Source: Tubiluchus corallicola
Lineage: Eukaryota > Animalia > Priapulida
DNA: 64,000 bases
Assembly: GCA_030141605.1 (NCBI GenBank)
Contig: JAQGDQ010000003.1
Coordinates: 248,001-312,000, forward strand
Direction of reading: 5' to 3'
Shown here: one piece after another, positions 52,601-64,000 of the stretch
Layout of the letters: the number at the start of each line of letters is the position of its first letter
Position numbering within the stretch: position 1 is the first letter of the stretch
The notes under the pieces: generated by a model
The model's database searches: none
Told to the model about the DNA's origin: nothing
The model's input: the letters and a program-made list of their open reading frames with translations, nothing else
Made by a program: the position numbers and the translations under genes

Positions 52601-55600
52601 TAATTAGCGGAGCATAAGGGTTAATTGCTCTATCTAAATGACTTTTGAACAAAAAAAAGAGAGAAAGAAATAGAATGAAAAATACAAGATACTGTTTTAT
52701 AAAGTTCTGTATCTCAAAATAGCAGTATTATATGCAGTTTTCAAGAATAATAGTGAAGCAGTTGTTTTGATACAAAATGTCATTGCCTGAAGCATTATCA
52801 TGCCTGATTTTGATAGTGTATAACTCAATGATAAACAAAAACAACAACAGCAACTGCACTAGGGCAAGTACAGTTCACGCTGAAATTTTCTGGAGAAAAT
52901 ATAAATTAAAACTACTTAACATTAGAACAGGGAACAGGTGAGGGTAGACATGGATGGTCAGCACTTGTATATAAAGAGTTAGGAGGTATTTCTGCTCTAA
53001 GTAGAATCTATATTCACAGTGCCAAGGCTTAGTAAGGATTGGAACGTTTTCAGATAATTTTCTGCAAACTTTTTAAGCTCACCTTGGATTTTTTTAAATT
53101 TTTAAAAACCTTTTAATTGAATCATTATGTAATGTCTTTCAGAAGCCTATTTCTCTTATTTTTCCTTTCTTTTTCGTTTCCATTTTCTTTATTTATTTCA
53201 TTTGACATATCAAGAAAATAATATGAACTAATAATTTAAAAATAATAATAATAACAATGACCCCTGACCAAGACAAGAAAAAAACCTGCTGTGACGGAGA
53301 ACTGGTAACATCAAAAATTTACTGATCATCACTTATTATACTGATTTTGCCGCTTCCAGCTGATTTCACAAGTTTTGATTTGTAAGCAGCCATTGTGATA
53401 GTGTCAACAAGATTAAAGAACGAATGTAACTGATGCGATGAGGCATTAAATATAGTTAGCTTTTACAACTATCTGTCCGTTGTCTGGCATCAACAATACA
53501 GTGATAAATATCCGCAAGCTTTGTTAGGAGTCTGCCCCTTTCCTCACCCTACACTCCACAATTGTGAAAAATAAAATTTGTGAATGAAAGGAAAATATGT
53601 TTGGTGAGTTTTATATAGTTCATGATTGTGCCACTAGACACAACGTCAACAAAATTCCACAGAACCAACGGACCATCTAATTTCAAACGTCTCAGTTCAA
53701 CGTATTATGAAATAAAAATTATCTTGATTCAGCAATCATAACTTTTGTAAACAATGAAACAGGGGTTCTTCAGAGAATGTAATAAAATGATTTTCAACCA
53801 TTTTTTGTCCTTGCACTTTTATTGTAAAAGTTAAAAAAGTAAAAATTGTATAAATGACACAAAGTAACATTACTCAATAAGAAGGCTATAAAAAACAATT
53901 TACACAAGATTTATTTAAAATGGATTTCAAGCTGAAATACATAGACAATTCAAATAATATCTAAAATAACAAAAAAATACATTAAATAGTTTTAACTTCA
54001 CCATCCAATGTTAAAAATGCTTTTATATCTACAAGGTAATTTTTTTATTTCTTTTTTTAGTAATGGTATGTTATTTGATAGGAGAGATCCTTGACAAAAA
54101 ATAGAATTTTTTTCACATCTATGCACAAATATCACAATTATGTATACATTGTTGTTTTTCTTTCTTATAAAATACTTATTTGGCTATAATCTTAATTTTT
54201 ATGTTTATAAGGTAAATTATCTACATAGCACATTTTGCCGAAATAATAACAAATAATGAAGCAAAAACTTAACTACTTGCTAGAAATCAAATTTTGTTAT
54301 TTATTTATCTTTGTCTGTTTCATTATTTGCTCAAACAGTGATGCATATTGCAAATAGGATACAAGACGGAGGCAGGGCACAACATTGGGGTGCACGCAAA
54401 ATACACAGTTTGGGAAAACGTGAAACATTATATTCTGATACTAATTTAACTGACGTATGGTGTGATATTATCAAGTATTAAGAAGTGGAGGAAATATTCC
54501 CGAAAAGATGCCTGATTTTTCATCTGCATCAACATATTTGCTAATATGCTAATGAAACATCTGTAAACTAAAGTGACAATTGATACCAGTTCCATGAATC
54601 ATGAAAGAGAAATCAATACTAATAGGGGTAAGTGCAGATACGGAAAATTGCCTCGAAGCAGGATCATATTTATCCGAAAAAATAAGGCAGAGGACTGTTT
54701 TTACTATCATGTTTGTTTGACAGCAACAAAGCTTGTCAGTCTTTGACGCGAAAGTATTGCCCTTCATCGGAGAAAAATTAGAAGCAAAAGCTAATAACAG
54801 TGCAGGTGCTTTTTTAAAATTGGCTAGTGAGTTATTTTTAAACCAAGGTCACATTTTTGCTTTGTGCAACAACAGCACAGGTGTGTCAAGCACCTATTTT
54901 CGCTGAAGACAGTGAATGACACTGCTTCCCCGGGACATCATCAAAAAAGGACAGGGAATATGACTAGAAGAAATATGATTTTTCAGATAATGCAAGCCTT
55001 TGATTTTTTCTTGAAAGATGTAATTTAGGATAAAAAATTATGCGGAGATATTAGATAGTTCAAAAACTGCTCGAGGTAAAAAATAAAACACGTAAATCGG
55101 TTATTGCAGAACTTGATATAGCTAGTAACAGTAAGGATGGTTTACAACAAAACAAAGTTTAATCTCAGGGTTTGACTACCAAGAATGTTGCACAGAAAAA
55201 CACAAGTAGTTAAACTATGACGATCAAATTCAAGGCTATTATAATTCAAGAAAAAGAAGTAAAAAATATCATTACTCACTCTACTGTACTCTCCACATGA
55301 GCTGTATCAACGACATTATCCAAGCTATTTTGAGACCCAATAACAGGCTTTTTCAGACGAACTGGCAAAGTTTTGTAATGTCTAAATTTTCCAAGTCGGG
55401 GCTAAAAATACAACAATGAAATCAATAAACATTTATAAAATTTCCTGAACATCACAGTTATATTTTTCATGTAGTTTGGAAGCACAAAAGGCTACCTTTA
55501 CCTTCTTGCCATAAATTGGTTCGATGTGATTTCGGAGATCAACAAAGCAAGTCTCCATTTTCTGATGCAAAGGAATCATGCTTTCTGTGATTTTTGATTC

Positions 55601-56464
55601 ATGAACTTCAATTCCAGCTTCTAGAAGTGGTATCTATGAAAAACAAATCAAAATTTTCACATGATGACAATGTGACAAAAATAATTTAACTACTTTGAAT
55701 ATTTAATCCTTTATATCTCTAACAGTCTATTTATTATATTTATTAATTTATCTTTTGTTTGTATTTGTTCGTCACTTATTGCTTCCTTGTGATTTTTTCC
55801 ATTCTTAATTCATACATCCATTTATTTATTCATTCAGCTTACTCATTCATTTGTTTGTTTGTTCACTCATTCACTTAATTATTTTTTGCCATAATTATAT
55901 AATTGTACATTAATAACAATTTTATTCAATTTAAGCATTAGAAAAAGATACTCATTTGTTTCTAAACCTGACACCAGGTTGTGATAAGCCATGCACAATA
56001 GAGAGAAAACTAATTAGTACCTGCGATGCAATTAAGTCTTTCAGCTTTTGAATGTTATCTCCATCATCCGGATTTACCTCCAAATACTGGTCTGTGAAGA
56101 AGGCCTAAAAACCGCAATGAAGAATAAATTAATCTCATAAAAAAAGAACTTCAATTTTCTTTGCAAAATGATTCCAAAATTCTCTTATGTTTTGAACTAT
56201 GATGGCACATCACTGTCCATATTATAGAAGCAATTAAAAGAAAATATTAAATAAGAATACAAAATTTCAGTGAGAATGAATGGGTACCTCTTCATAATTT
56301 TTTATTCCGCCCATGACGGCTGCATCTACTATCCCGTTCAACATCATGCTCAGGGGATTAATGGGTAAGCTTACATCTTGGGTGTGCTGTTTTATTAACT
56401 GTTTTAGCTTGTTGTTTGTGTTCTCCATTGTCTCAATTGCATTTTCTAATGGACTGACTTCGTG
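46544..56464 (-). CDS. DOCK1: Dedicator of cytokinesis DOCK-A subfamily (DOCK1/2/5, mbc/CED-5-like) Rac GEF, 3' part: end of DHR-2 plus Pro-rich tail
   Basis: Ten GT-AG exons join in frame: 56288-56464, 56021-56104, 55502-55633, 55280-55401, 52374-52403, 51904-52099, 50145-50264, 49072-49186, 48392-48549, 46544-46675. [35 protein letters not shown] and [12 protein letters not shown] are DOCK1/2/5 DHR-2 hallmarks. Confidence 0.9.
48392..48549 (-). CDS. DOCK1: DOCK exon with PPPLPQK motif
   Basis: tttcag acceptor, phase 1 to 0; [30 protein letters not shown]...RDK; donor GTAACG. Confidence 0.82.
49072..49186 (-). CDS. DOCK1: DOCK exon
   Basis: [16 protein letters not shown]...STSST; phase 0 to 1, GT-AG. 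Confidence 0.8.
50145..50264 (-). CDS. DOCK1: DOCK exon
   Basis: [12 protein letters not shown]...ERVIELSEE; donor GTAAGT; a second in-frame acceptor lies 15 nt inside. Confidence 0.78.
51904..52099 (-). CDS. DOCK1: DOCK exon
   Basis: ctctcatgtag acceptor; [21 protein letters not shown]...RRSSQ; donor GTAAGC; phase 2 to 0. Confidence 0.8.
52374..52403 (-). CDS. DOCK1: DOCK 30-nt symmetric mini-exon
   Basis: cttttctctgcag|TCTTAGTGGTTCAGGGAAGAAGAATTCAAG|gtactt; phase 2-2, encodes (D)LSGSGKKNS(R). Confidence 0.6.
55280..55401 (-). CDS. DOCK1: DOCK exon
   Basis: ttttag|[18 protein letters not shown]...ESTV; donor GTGAGT; phase 0 to 2. Confidence 0.8.
55502..55633 (-). CDS. DOCK1: DOCK DHR-2 exon
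   Basis: [44 protein letters not shown]. Confidence 0.9.
56021..56104 (-). CDS. DOCK1: DOCK DHR-2 exon
   Basis: [28 protein letters not shown]. Confidence 0.9.
56288..56464 (-). CDS. DOCK1: DOCK DHR-2 exon with nucleotide-sensor Val
   Basis: [59 protein letters not shown]. Confidence 0.93.
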
Positions 56465-58636
56465 CTGAAATAGAGATAAGGAAGTCCATGTACAAATTTA
56501 ATAGCCTGAATATGAACCACATACATCTGTGATATAGATTACTAGCCCAAAATCAAAACCTCCAGGTCTCTTGGTATCAGATCAATTTTATTCCAAACAT
56601 TCAATAATTAGTGATAAATTAAATTTTGTGTTATACGTAAATAATTGAAATACCCTAATGCAGAAATTTTGTCACTAGGAAATCTAGTGAAGTTAATTAT
56701 GACAACAAACCCAATGTTAATGTACTGTATCTAAAATGCTGCACAAAACTTTTTATGCTGCATAAATTTTTATGGAAAAAGTTTTTGCAACCAAAGAAAT
56801 GGCACATAGAAAACAGTTCACCAGTCCAGTTTCAGCTGAGATTACCATTGGTCTTACCAAAGTCAATTAAACTGGTTGTTGGATTCACTCTAGCCTAACT
56901 GAATGTCACACTCGTAACCATTTCCTTCTGTGGAACAAGCTCAAAGCAAGAAAGTTTGACAAGACTCAAATTTAACTCAACACAGAAAGCAAACAAAAGA
57001 AGGAACATTGCACAAAAGATGGGGCAAAGCTTCTCAATAGGCATAAGTAAAAGGCTGATGCAAAGTTTGTTAAAGAAAGCTAAGCAAACAATAGATATTT
57101 ATTAACACTTTGAGGTATATATGCCTAAAGAATGAACAAGGTGCACGACCTCACCCTACCCCACAAAATCCTTTTTCTTAAATAAGAAAGTTGCTCTTAA
57201 ACTCTTTCAACTATTCGTGAAGCTACTTGCCAGTGCTCCAAGACACATGAATACCTAAATGATGTTGACAGAAATACCTTAAACGCCCATAATCTTCATT
57301 GCCAACTACCTGACAGCGTCGTGGGATATTTCACATTTTCACAAAAAATGCATGGAATGCTTACGGCAAAATAAACGATTTTTGGGGGAAAACATTTTAT
57401 CCCACAAAGCTGAAACAGGAATTTCTGAGAAGTAAATACGCAACCATGCCAGCTGATTCGCAAGGCACCTGTCATAGGATATTGATTTTCAATCATTTTA
57501 CTGTCCTTGTGATTATGCATATTATGTCTAGTCTTTTACTTTTCCTGGGTAACATCGGTCTTAATGTCCAAATATTTCGACTTTCTGTTCAGAATGTATA
57601 CATAAATAAATAAATTGTTTTAACTGGGCTTCTTCTCAAGCTTACATTAATTACAAAGTGTGTGGTTGCTAGAATAGTTGTCTTTTAGTTTTACCAACAA
57701 TAGGATCACTACCATTTTGTGAGCCGACTGTCATTCACCTACCGATTAACACCAATAATTTTTCCCTGCAAAAAACATAACAAGTGAGACTGTGCCGTGC
57801 TACCTGTCATTTAGGGAGTGTATTACTTGTGATGAACTCGAACAACAGGTAATAATCAAGCAGCCGATCAGTATGCAAACCTAACAGCTTACAAGCAAAA
57901 CAGCATAGAATGGAGAATACGCCGGGCCTGGGGGGTTTGCACATAATAGAAGGCAAGAAACGTGTGTCCGCTCAGTGAACCCAATACAGACGATAATTAT
58001 ATAACAATAGTAATCGAAGATGAATGCTTGCCCTGTCTGTAGTATTTGCAACAGGTAAGTGCTGTGAATTGGACCAGGAACTTTTATGACTAATCTGAAT
58101 TTGAACCGGGATCTTTTGATTGGAATTTGCAATGTCTCACTACACTACAAAGTCTCTCGTGACAAAGACAGGCCTCAATTCACTCATTGGATAGGGTGAA
58201 TATCACAAGCAGCAATGTATTCTGCTAGTCTGACACAAATGCTTGTAAACCAAAAGTATCTAATTCAAATACGGGCTCAATCCAAACTCTTTAATATTTC
58301 CGTTCTTTAGGTCATAAAGAAGCTTAATTTTTCAGATGTTTAATGACACACGTGCAATGCCGTTCCATTTTTCCACTTGTAAATTTTGCGAGCCAGAAAA
58401 AAGATGTATAGAATGCATTAAAATGTTATTGTATAGATTCCTGATAAAGTTTGGGCTTAAGATTCCTCATAAAGTTTGGGCCTACGCTTGTAGAAATTTG
58501 GGAAAAGCCTTTCTTAAGTTCTTACTTTTTTGGACTTGAGGAGTAAACACAGAACCTTTATATTCATGGTCATAATAGTGAAGACTTATAAATTCTATTA
58601 CATTAACATTTGAATACTCGAAGCAATTTTACTAAG

Positions 58637-58710
58637 GATGACCCAGCACCGTGACTGTGAGCGCATATGTTCAGATGACCCAGCACCGTGACTGTGAGCG
58701 CATATGTTCA
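58637..58710 (+). repeat. Exact 37-bp tandem duplication
   Basis: gatgacccagcaccgtgactgtgagcgcatatgttca occurs twice head to tail. Confidence 0.92.
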
Positions 58711-60001
58711 GAAGACCCTGGATTCAACTTCAGGATGGACAGGCTGGAATCGTCTGGGTTATAAAACAAAATATGTTTGTAAGTATATACGAGCTTAGAA
58801 AGAATAACAAGTGAGAAAAATAGGTTTTGTGCATGCCTGATAGTCATTTGGATCCACAAATAATAATTTGTCGTCTGGCGGCTAGAATTCAAAGGCAATA
58901 CGTGGTCATTAAAACGAAATAAAATGAGAAGATCTTAAATGCGTGACGGAATTTAAATGAAATAAGATTAGAATACTTGGTTATACTGTAGTACGGCTGC
59001 TTAATTACAGACTGTAAACGAGAAGATATATGAAAATTTCACGCCTGCACATTATTGATTTTTTAACACAAATCATAACGCTGCACTAATACAAAAACTA
59101 ACTAATGCGATACGCCATACTGAAAGTAAAAACTGACGACTTTGCCATCAAAGAATTGGTAATTTCAGGTGTATCTAGTTCCTCCTTAGCAACAACGGGG
59201 CGTGAATGGTGGGGACGCCATAATAATGTAGGCCCGGCAGGTCTGGGTCTTCGACTTCGTGCTGGTGAAGTTCGCGAGTGCTCCGTCAGTAAGGTATTAA
59301 AGAGCCGTTATCACTAGTCAACAAGTCTATTTCTAGCGACGCCCCAAGGCAACGAGGTAGACTAGTTCTATGCTAAAAAGTTATTAGAATAAATACCGGG
59401 CATTTGGGTAACGACCGATGCGAGGTGGGTATCCGAGCAAAATTCGCCAAAACCTGCAGGGAAAATGACGCGAACCGCAGGCGAACGGGGATTTTTGACA
59501 GAGGTGGAATGTGACGGAGATGACGGTGACATAAGAGTTATTAATGTGTCCTCTGTGGCTGCAGGGAACAGGAGTCTGGGGACACTTATGTCATTTGCAA
59601 CGTTTAACCTTTAATGTCAAAAATGACTTCTAATTTTGTAAGGTCCTTAACGCTAGAAAATAAATTACCCTGCAAGATCGTATAAAGATTATAATATAAT
59701 TTGTACACGGCTAGTTATGATTTTGTGGTGTATCATATATCAGAAACACATATGTTAATATATGAGCATGGTCGAACAAACTAAGCACTGGCTCCAGAGA
59801 CAGATAGGATGGTCAGCGATTGACAACCATCGACTCTAGAGACTACTAGAACGGCCAGCCACTCTCACATACAGTAAATCTTGAGATCTGTTGGAAGGCC
59901 AGCAACTTAAGGCGATTGGCTCTAGAGACTACTCATATAATCAAGGATTCAGGGTACTGATGCTAAATAGTCCTCCAAAAGTCAGTAATTAATAACGGTG
60001 C

Positions 60002-60167
60002 TTCATAAGACATTACAACACTAGCTCTAAAAGAACATTAAATAGAGACCAAAGCAGCCTGCAAGTCTAGAGTGACCTGGTAGAGTGAAGTTAAGAGTCT
60101 AAAGTGGCTTGTTTTGGTCTCTGTTTAATATACTTTTAGAATTATTGTAGTAATATCTTATGATGAA
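60002..60167. mobile_element. Hairpin MITE with ~60-bp imperfect arms
   Basis: ttcataagacattac...ctaaaag...attaaatagagaccaaagcagcc pairs with ggcttgttttggtctctgtttaat...cttttag...gtaatatcttatga. Confidence 0.6.
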
Positions 60168-62400
60168 CTGCTGTCTTATAATATCTTACACTACCGTAAT
60201 ATTTTATCTTAAGTAATATCTAAGTAAACTCTTCTTAAGACGTTCCGGCATTGCGACAGAGATCAGGAACTAATACTGTCATAAACAATCTAACAGAGAG
60301 TATATTTTGTAGTAAATAATAAGCAAAACCGCATACAAACGCGCATTTTTCACAATTTCTAATTGACAGGCTTCATTAATCATTTAGTTCTGAATGATAT
60401 TTTGTGCTATGATTATTTTAAAAGTTGCATTTAGTTTAATGGATGGATTCATATGTTTTGTGAAAGCCTCAACCGGGCAGAAAAGAGACATAACGATATG
60501 TAATGTACCAATGGTAATATAGACAATCTTAATTTTAGTTAACATGATCATGATTATCACTGTTACATCACATATGATTATCTCTCTCTTCTCCCTTCTT
60601 TCTCCTCTTTTTTGCTGTCACTACTAGCAAGTTCATCCTCACCTATTTTTTTATTAATTAACATCTGTTTCACTATCACAGTCTATCTCACAAGCTTCGG
60701 CGTTTCAGGGCTTTGCAACACGTCATATGTTATTATGACTAATGAGATAAGTTGCAGTAAAAAAAAATTTTTCCTTCCCATACTTTATTGATGTTTGTCT
60801 GACTATTGTTGACACAATATTGTAAAACTATTTTGTTGCTGTATTTTATAGTATTCTGCTGTAAGCTTATTCCTTAATTGTATTTATATCATGTGTTGGT
60901 GAAATGAATATTATTGTAAATTATAAACTGAGTGATAAAAAAGAAACCGCAAATAACAATAAATACTGCTAGCTAGGCTGCGCGAAGGCTTTTTCATTTT
61001 TCCAACGTAGATTTGCACTAGGGACGATCACACACTGAGCACGTGTCACGCTCAGACCCCGGGTAGCACCCCACATTCCAGAGCTCTAGGCATCTGCAAG
61101 TCGTCTATTCACATGAAAATTCTGACACAGATACACATAATGCGCAGAGAACGGGGCAATTTAACCTTCTCCTCATTTCTATAACTAACCCTGATCCCAA
61201 CACTTTGAACACATGAGGGCGCGCTCGCCGCTTAATGAAATGTTCACAAAAGGGCAAGGAGAAAAAACGTCTATTTTCCTCAAGTACAGAACTATCAATA
61301 CTACTAGTAAATGGTGTTCAAAGACACCTTGAAAAAGCGCCTTGGGCAGCCACTTAAAATAAACAATCCACATTTCATAATTGAATGACACGTGGTTTAA
61401 TCATCAATATGTTTTTATGATATAGAAAAGTTCCCCAAAAAATAAACAAAAACAAATTACAGTAATAGTTGTTTATATAACGTAAAAAACTGTGACAATT
61501 TATATTTTCCAAAGAATAACGGTTACTTGAGAAAAAAACATTCAATGTTTTTGCACTGACTTGGAGGCCGAGTGACTGACTGATTAACTGACTAGTTCAA
61601 TGTGCTAACCGACTGGCAGTTTGGACATTACTAAGGGAATGATTGTCTAACTAACTGACCAGGGATTGACTTTCCATAAAGATCAATATATAATTGAAAA
61701 ACTGTTGATCGAAAGGTAGTGTTGTGCTTAGTGGCTGCCTGCTGTTGAACTGTTGAATATTTTGTCATGCATAAAGACTAACATGCTAGACAAAACAATT
61801 TCACTATAATTATTAAATAATTGCAAAATCAGAGGCAACCGGCAACTAGAAACACACAAATAAGCAGAGGTGCACAACAAGTGAACTTTTAGTGAACCTG
61901 CTTGCAGACAATAATGTATGTGATGTGAAAACTAGGTTAACCCACTGATGTCAAAACTGGAGACACTGATGAACCAAAACACAATGAATTACAAAGCTTT
62001 ACTGGTACTTACTTAAAGCAGTTATCAAGCAACATCACTAAACAGAAAACATCCAAATTAAGATACAGAAGAATAAAAAACCTCAAATGAGACAAAATAA
62101 AAATACACAAAACAATTAATCTAAAAATATGGAAAAAAGGCAGAATATTTTTAGCTACTTGCCTTAGTGGTAGTTTTTTTACTGTGTAGCATGATTTAAT
62201 GTCACTGAGAAATATTCAGTTTACGAAGACAAATAACCTTTTTCATTAATGAAAGAAACTTCTTACTTGTGTCACCTTGCTCCTTTTTTAAGTTTTTCTA
62301 GTTAGATACACAAGTCACAGTAAGGTAAATTATCTAATAAATTTGACTGATGGCTTCCATTTCCATATAATGTAGTGAACTGTCTTAATAATGTTGCTAA

Positions 62401-63600
62401 CCTAAAAGTTGTAACACATTTCAGGGAAACTTCTGTGAACACTTTGGTTCTGCTAGAGGCTAAAAAATGACATCTAACTATTGAATACTATTCCTCCCAT
62501 TACGGATTGGTAATTGTACAGGTTGGTACATAACTTTTTGCTAGGGGGTACAGGAATGACGAGTAACAATAGAGAACAATTTATTACATCAAAGTATTTC
62601 CCAGTCAACTGAGAATCTATCATGCCCTAAATATTTAATGGAGAAACCCCCGTGCATCTCATCTAACACAGCCTTCGGTCTTGAAGGTACAAACGAAGCA
62701 GCGAGCAGTGACCTGAAAACTCTGGGATTAATTTTTTTTAATTGAACAGAATCGCTTAGAAATTCGCTGGACTTCAATCCTGTCAAACACATTAGAGCTA
62801 TCCAGAAAGATAGAGTGAACACTAAGATAAAAAACATGTTGTTGAACAGTATTCAACAGATAAGCTTGTGAGACATGTGCTAGATATTTTGGAGAACCTC
62901 GAGTTCCTAGGGTGGCTGCTACCAATCATACCCCTTAAGACTGCCGGCTGTATGAGGCTTCCACTCAAAACTTTGAAGACATGATAGATTCTAAATTGTT
63001 TGAACAACACTTTAATGTAATAAATTGTCTGTACAATTACTCGTTGTTTCAGTTCCCCTTAGTAAAAATTTGTGTACTATGTACATAAAATGTATTCAGC
63101 AAAAGTAATTTTGAGTTAGTTTTCTGAGCATTTTAGAAAATATTAAAGCAGACATGCTATTTTGACCATTTTGATATTGAAATTGGGCACTTTATGTTTC
63201 AGTGTAGGGATCTGTAAAATGTTTCTACACAGAGATAACATTCTCATTTGCTACTACTGGGTGCTACTGAAATGAAAATCAATTCAATAAATTTAGTGTA
63301 CACTAGCACCCAGTAGTAACAAATGAGAATATTATCACTGTACAAAAATACCCCGTATGTTCCTACAGTGAAACATAAAGTGTCCATTTGAATACTAAAA
63401 TGTTCAAAATAACATCTATTTTAAAGACTTTCTAAAATATAAAAAACTAAATCAGTACTGTTCTTGTTGAAGACATTTTAGGACAATTAGGTGGACTGAT
63501 AATCATGTTTTAGATGTCATTTTTTTAGTTTTTGCAAGCTTCAAACAGGGCCAAAGTGTCACAGCAGTTAATGAAGCATCTGTGGTGAGACAATTCTAGA
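62401..63600. mobile_element. Palindromic foldback element interrupted in its left arm
   Basis: Inner arms ~63088-63267 and ~63303-63480 (attctcatttgctactactgggtgcta / tagcacccagtagtaacaaatgagaat; cactttatgtttca / tgaaacataaagtg); outer arms 62401-62500 and ~63490-63600 (aaaaaatgacatctaa / ttagatgtcattttt; acactttgg / ccaaagtgt). Confidence 0.7.
62519..63081 (+). mobile_element. Internally deleted Tc1/mariner (IS630-Tc1-mariner) element with decayed transposase C-terminus
   Basis: TA|CAGG start, ~75-bp imperfect TIRs (acgagtaa...acaatttattacatcaaagt / actttaatgtaataaattgt...ttactcgt) and TA flanks; interior translates with breaks to NSGINFF..RNSLDFNPVKHIRAIQKDRV (cf. WPxNSPDLNPIExxWxxxKDRV) and SYPLRLPAV. 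Confidence 0.7.
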
Positions 63601-64000
63601 AAAAACTTACCCTTCGGGACAGATTTCTTTATAGGGATAATTTGAAACGTGGTTCAAAATGTGAACTCTAAATTTAACTTTTCTTCCATCTTTTTTCAAT
63701 TTTCTCATGCATTTAAATTGAAAGCTTAGACGAGCCGGTAAGCAAACACGCAATTACAGTTCAGAAAACCTTTGAATGACAGATGAAAGAAAGGTTGCCA
63801 CAAATGCATATTTTTACTTCTTCACCGGGAAGGTATCACACGCACGTGACAGACATCATAGACAACATAACCTCTGCATGACATGACATTCTCACTTTTT
63901 GTTCGCATCTTCAAGGTTTTCTCGCCCATAATGACAGCCTAGCTTTTATAGCTGTTAACATACCTGTCTATCCTTGATGGCACACCTGGAGTGGGCAACC

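Noticed and set aside
63611-63668. Possible upstream DOCK exon ending in GTAAG
   Set aside because: The open frame (VHILNHVSNYPYKEICPE) does not resemble the expected preceding DHR-2 segment (W.ERT...LPGILRWF).

Overview
AT-rich eukaryotic (invertebrate animal; lophotrochozoan-like by gene content, not provable here) genomic DNA with three protein-coding genes: an intronless GPR83-like neuropeptide GPCR (+, 5906-7471), a complete 4-exon CYP26-family retinoid P450 (+, 36801-42161, 499 aa), and the last 10 exons of a DOCK-A (DOCK1/DOCK180/mbc-like) Rac GEF (-, 46544-56464; the 5' part lies beyond the window). The rest is intergenic or intronic DNA full of transposon relics (TTAA-flanked Kolobok-type MITEs, tRNA-derived SINEs, RTE and L2/CR1 LINE fragments, a non-autonomous Helitron, a deleted Tc1/mariner nested in a foldback element), an apparently exact 1017-bp tandem duplication and long microsatellites. 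The most interesting signal is at CYP26. It has a series of retinoic-acid-response-element-like motifs upstream (a perfect AGTTCA-N5-AGTTCA DR5, two nuclear-receptor half-site clusters and a DR5 just 5' of CCAAT/TATA, as in vertebrate Cyp26a1), yet the enzyme has lost the I-helix acid-threonine oxygen-activation pair. Everything was read by eye; no searches were run.
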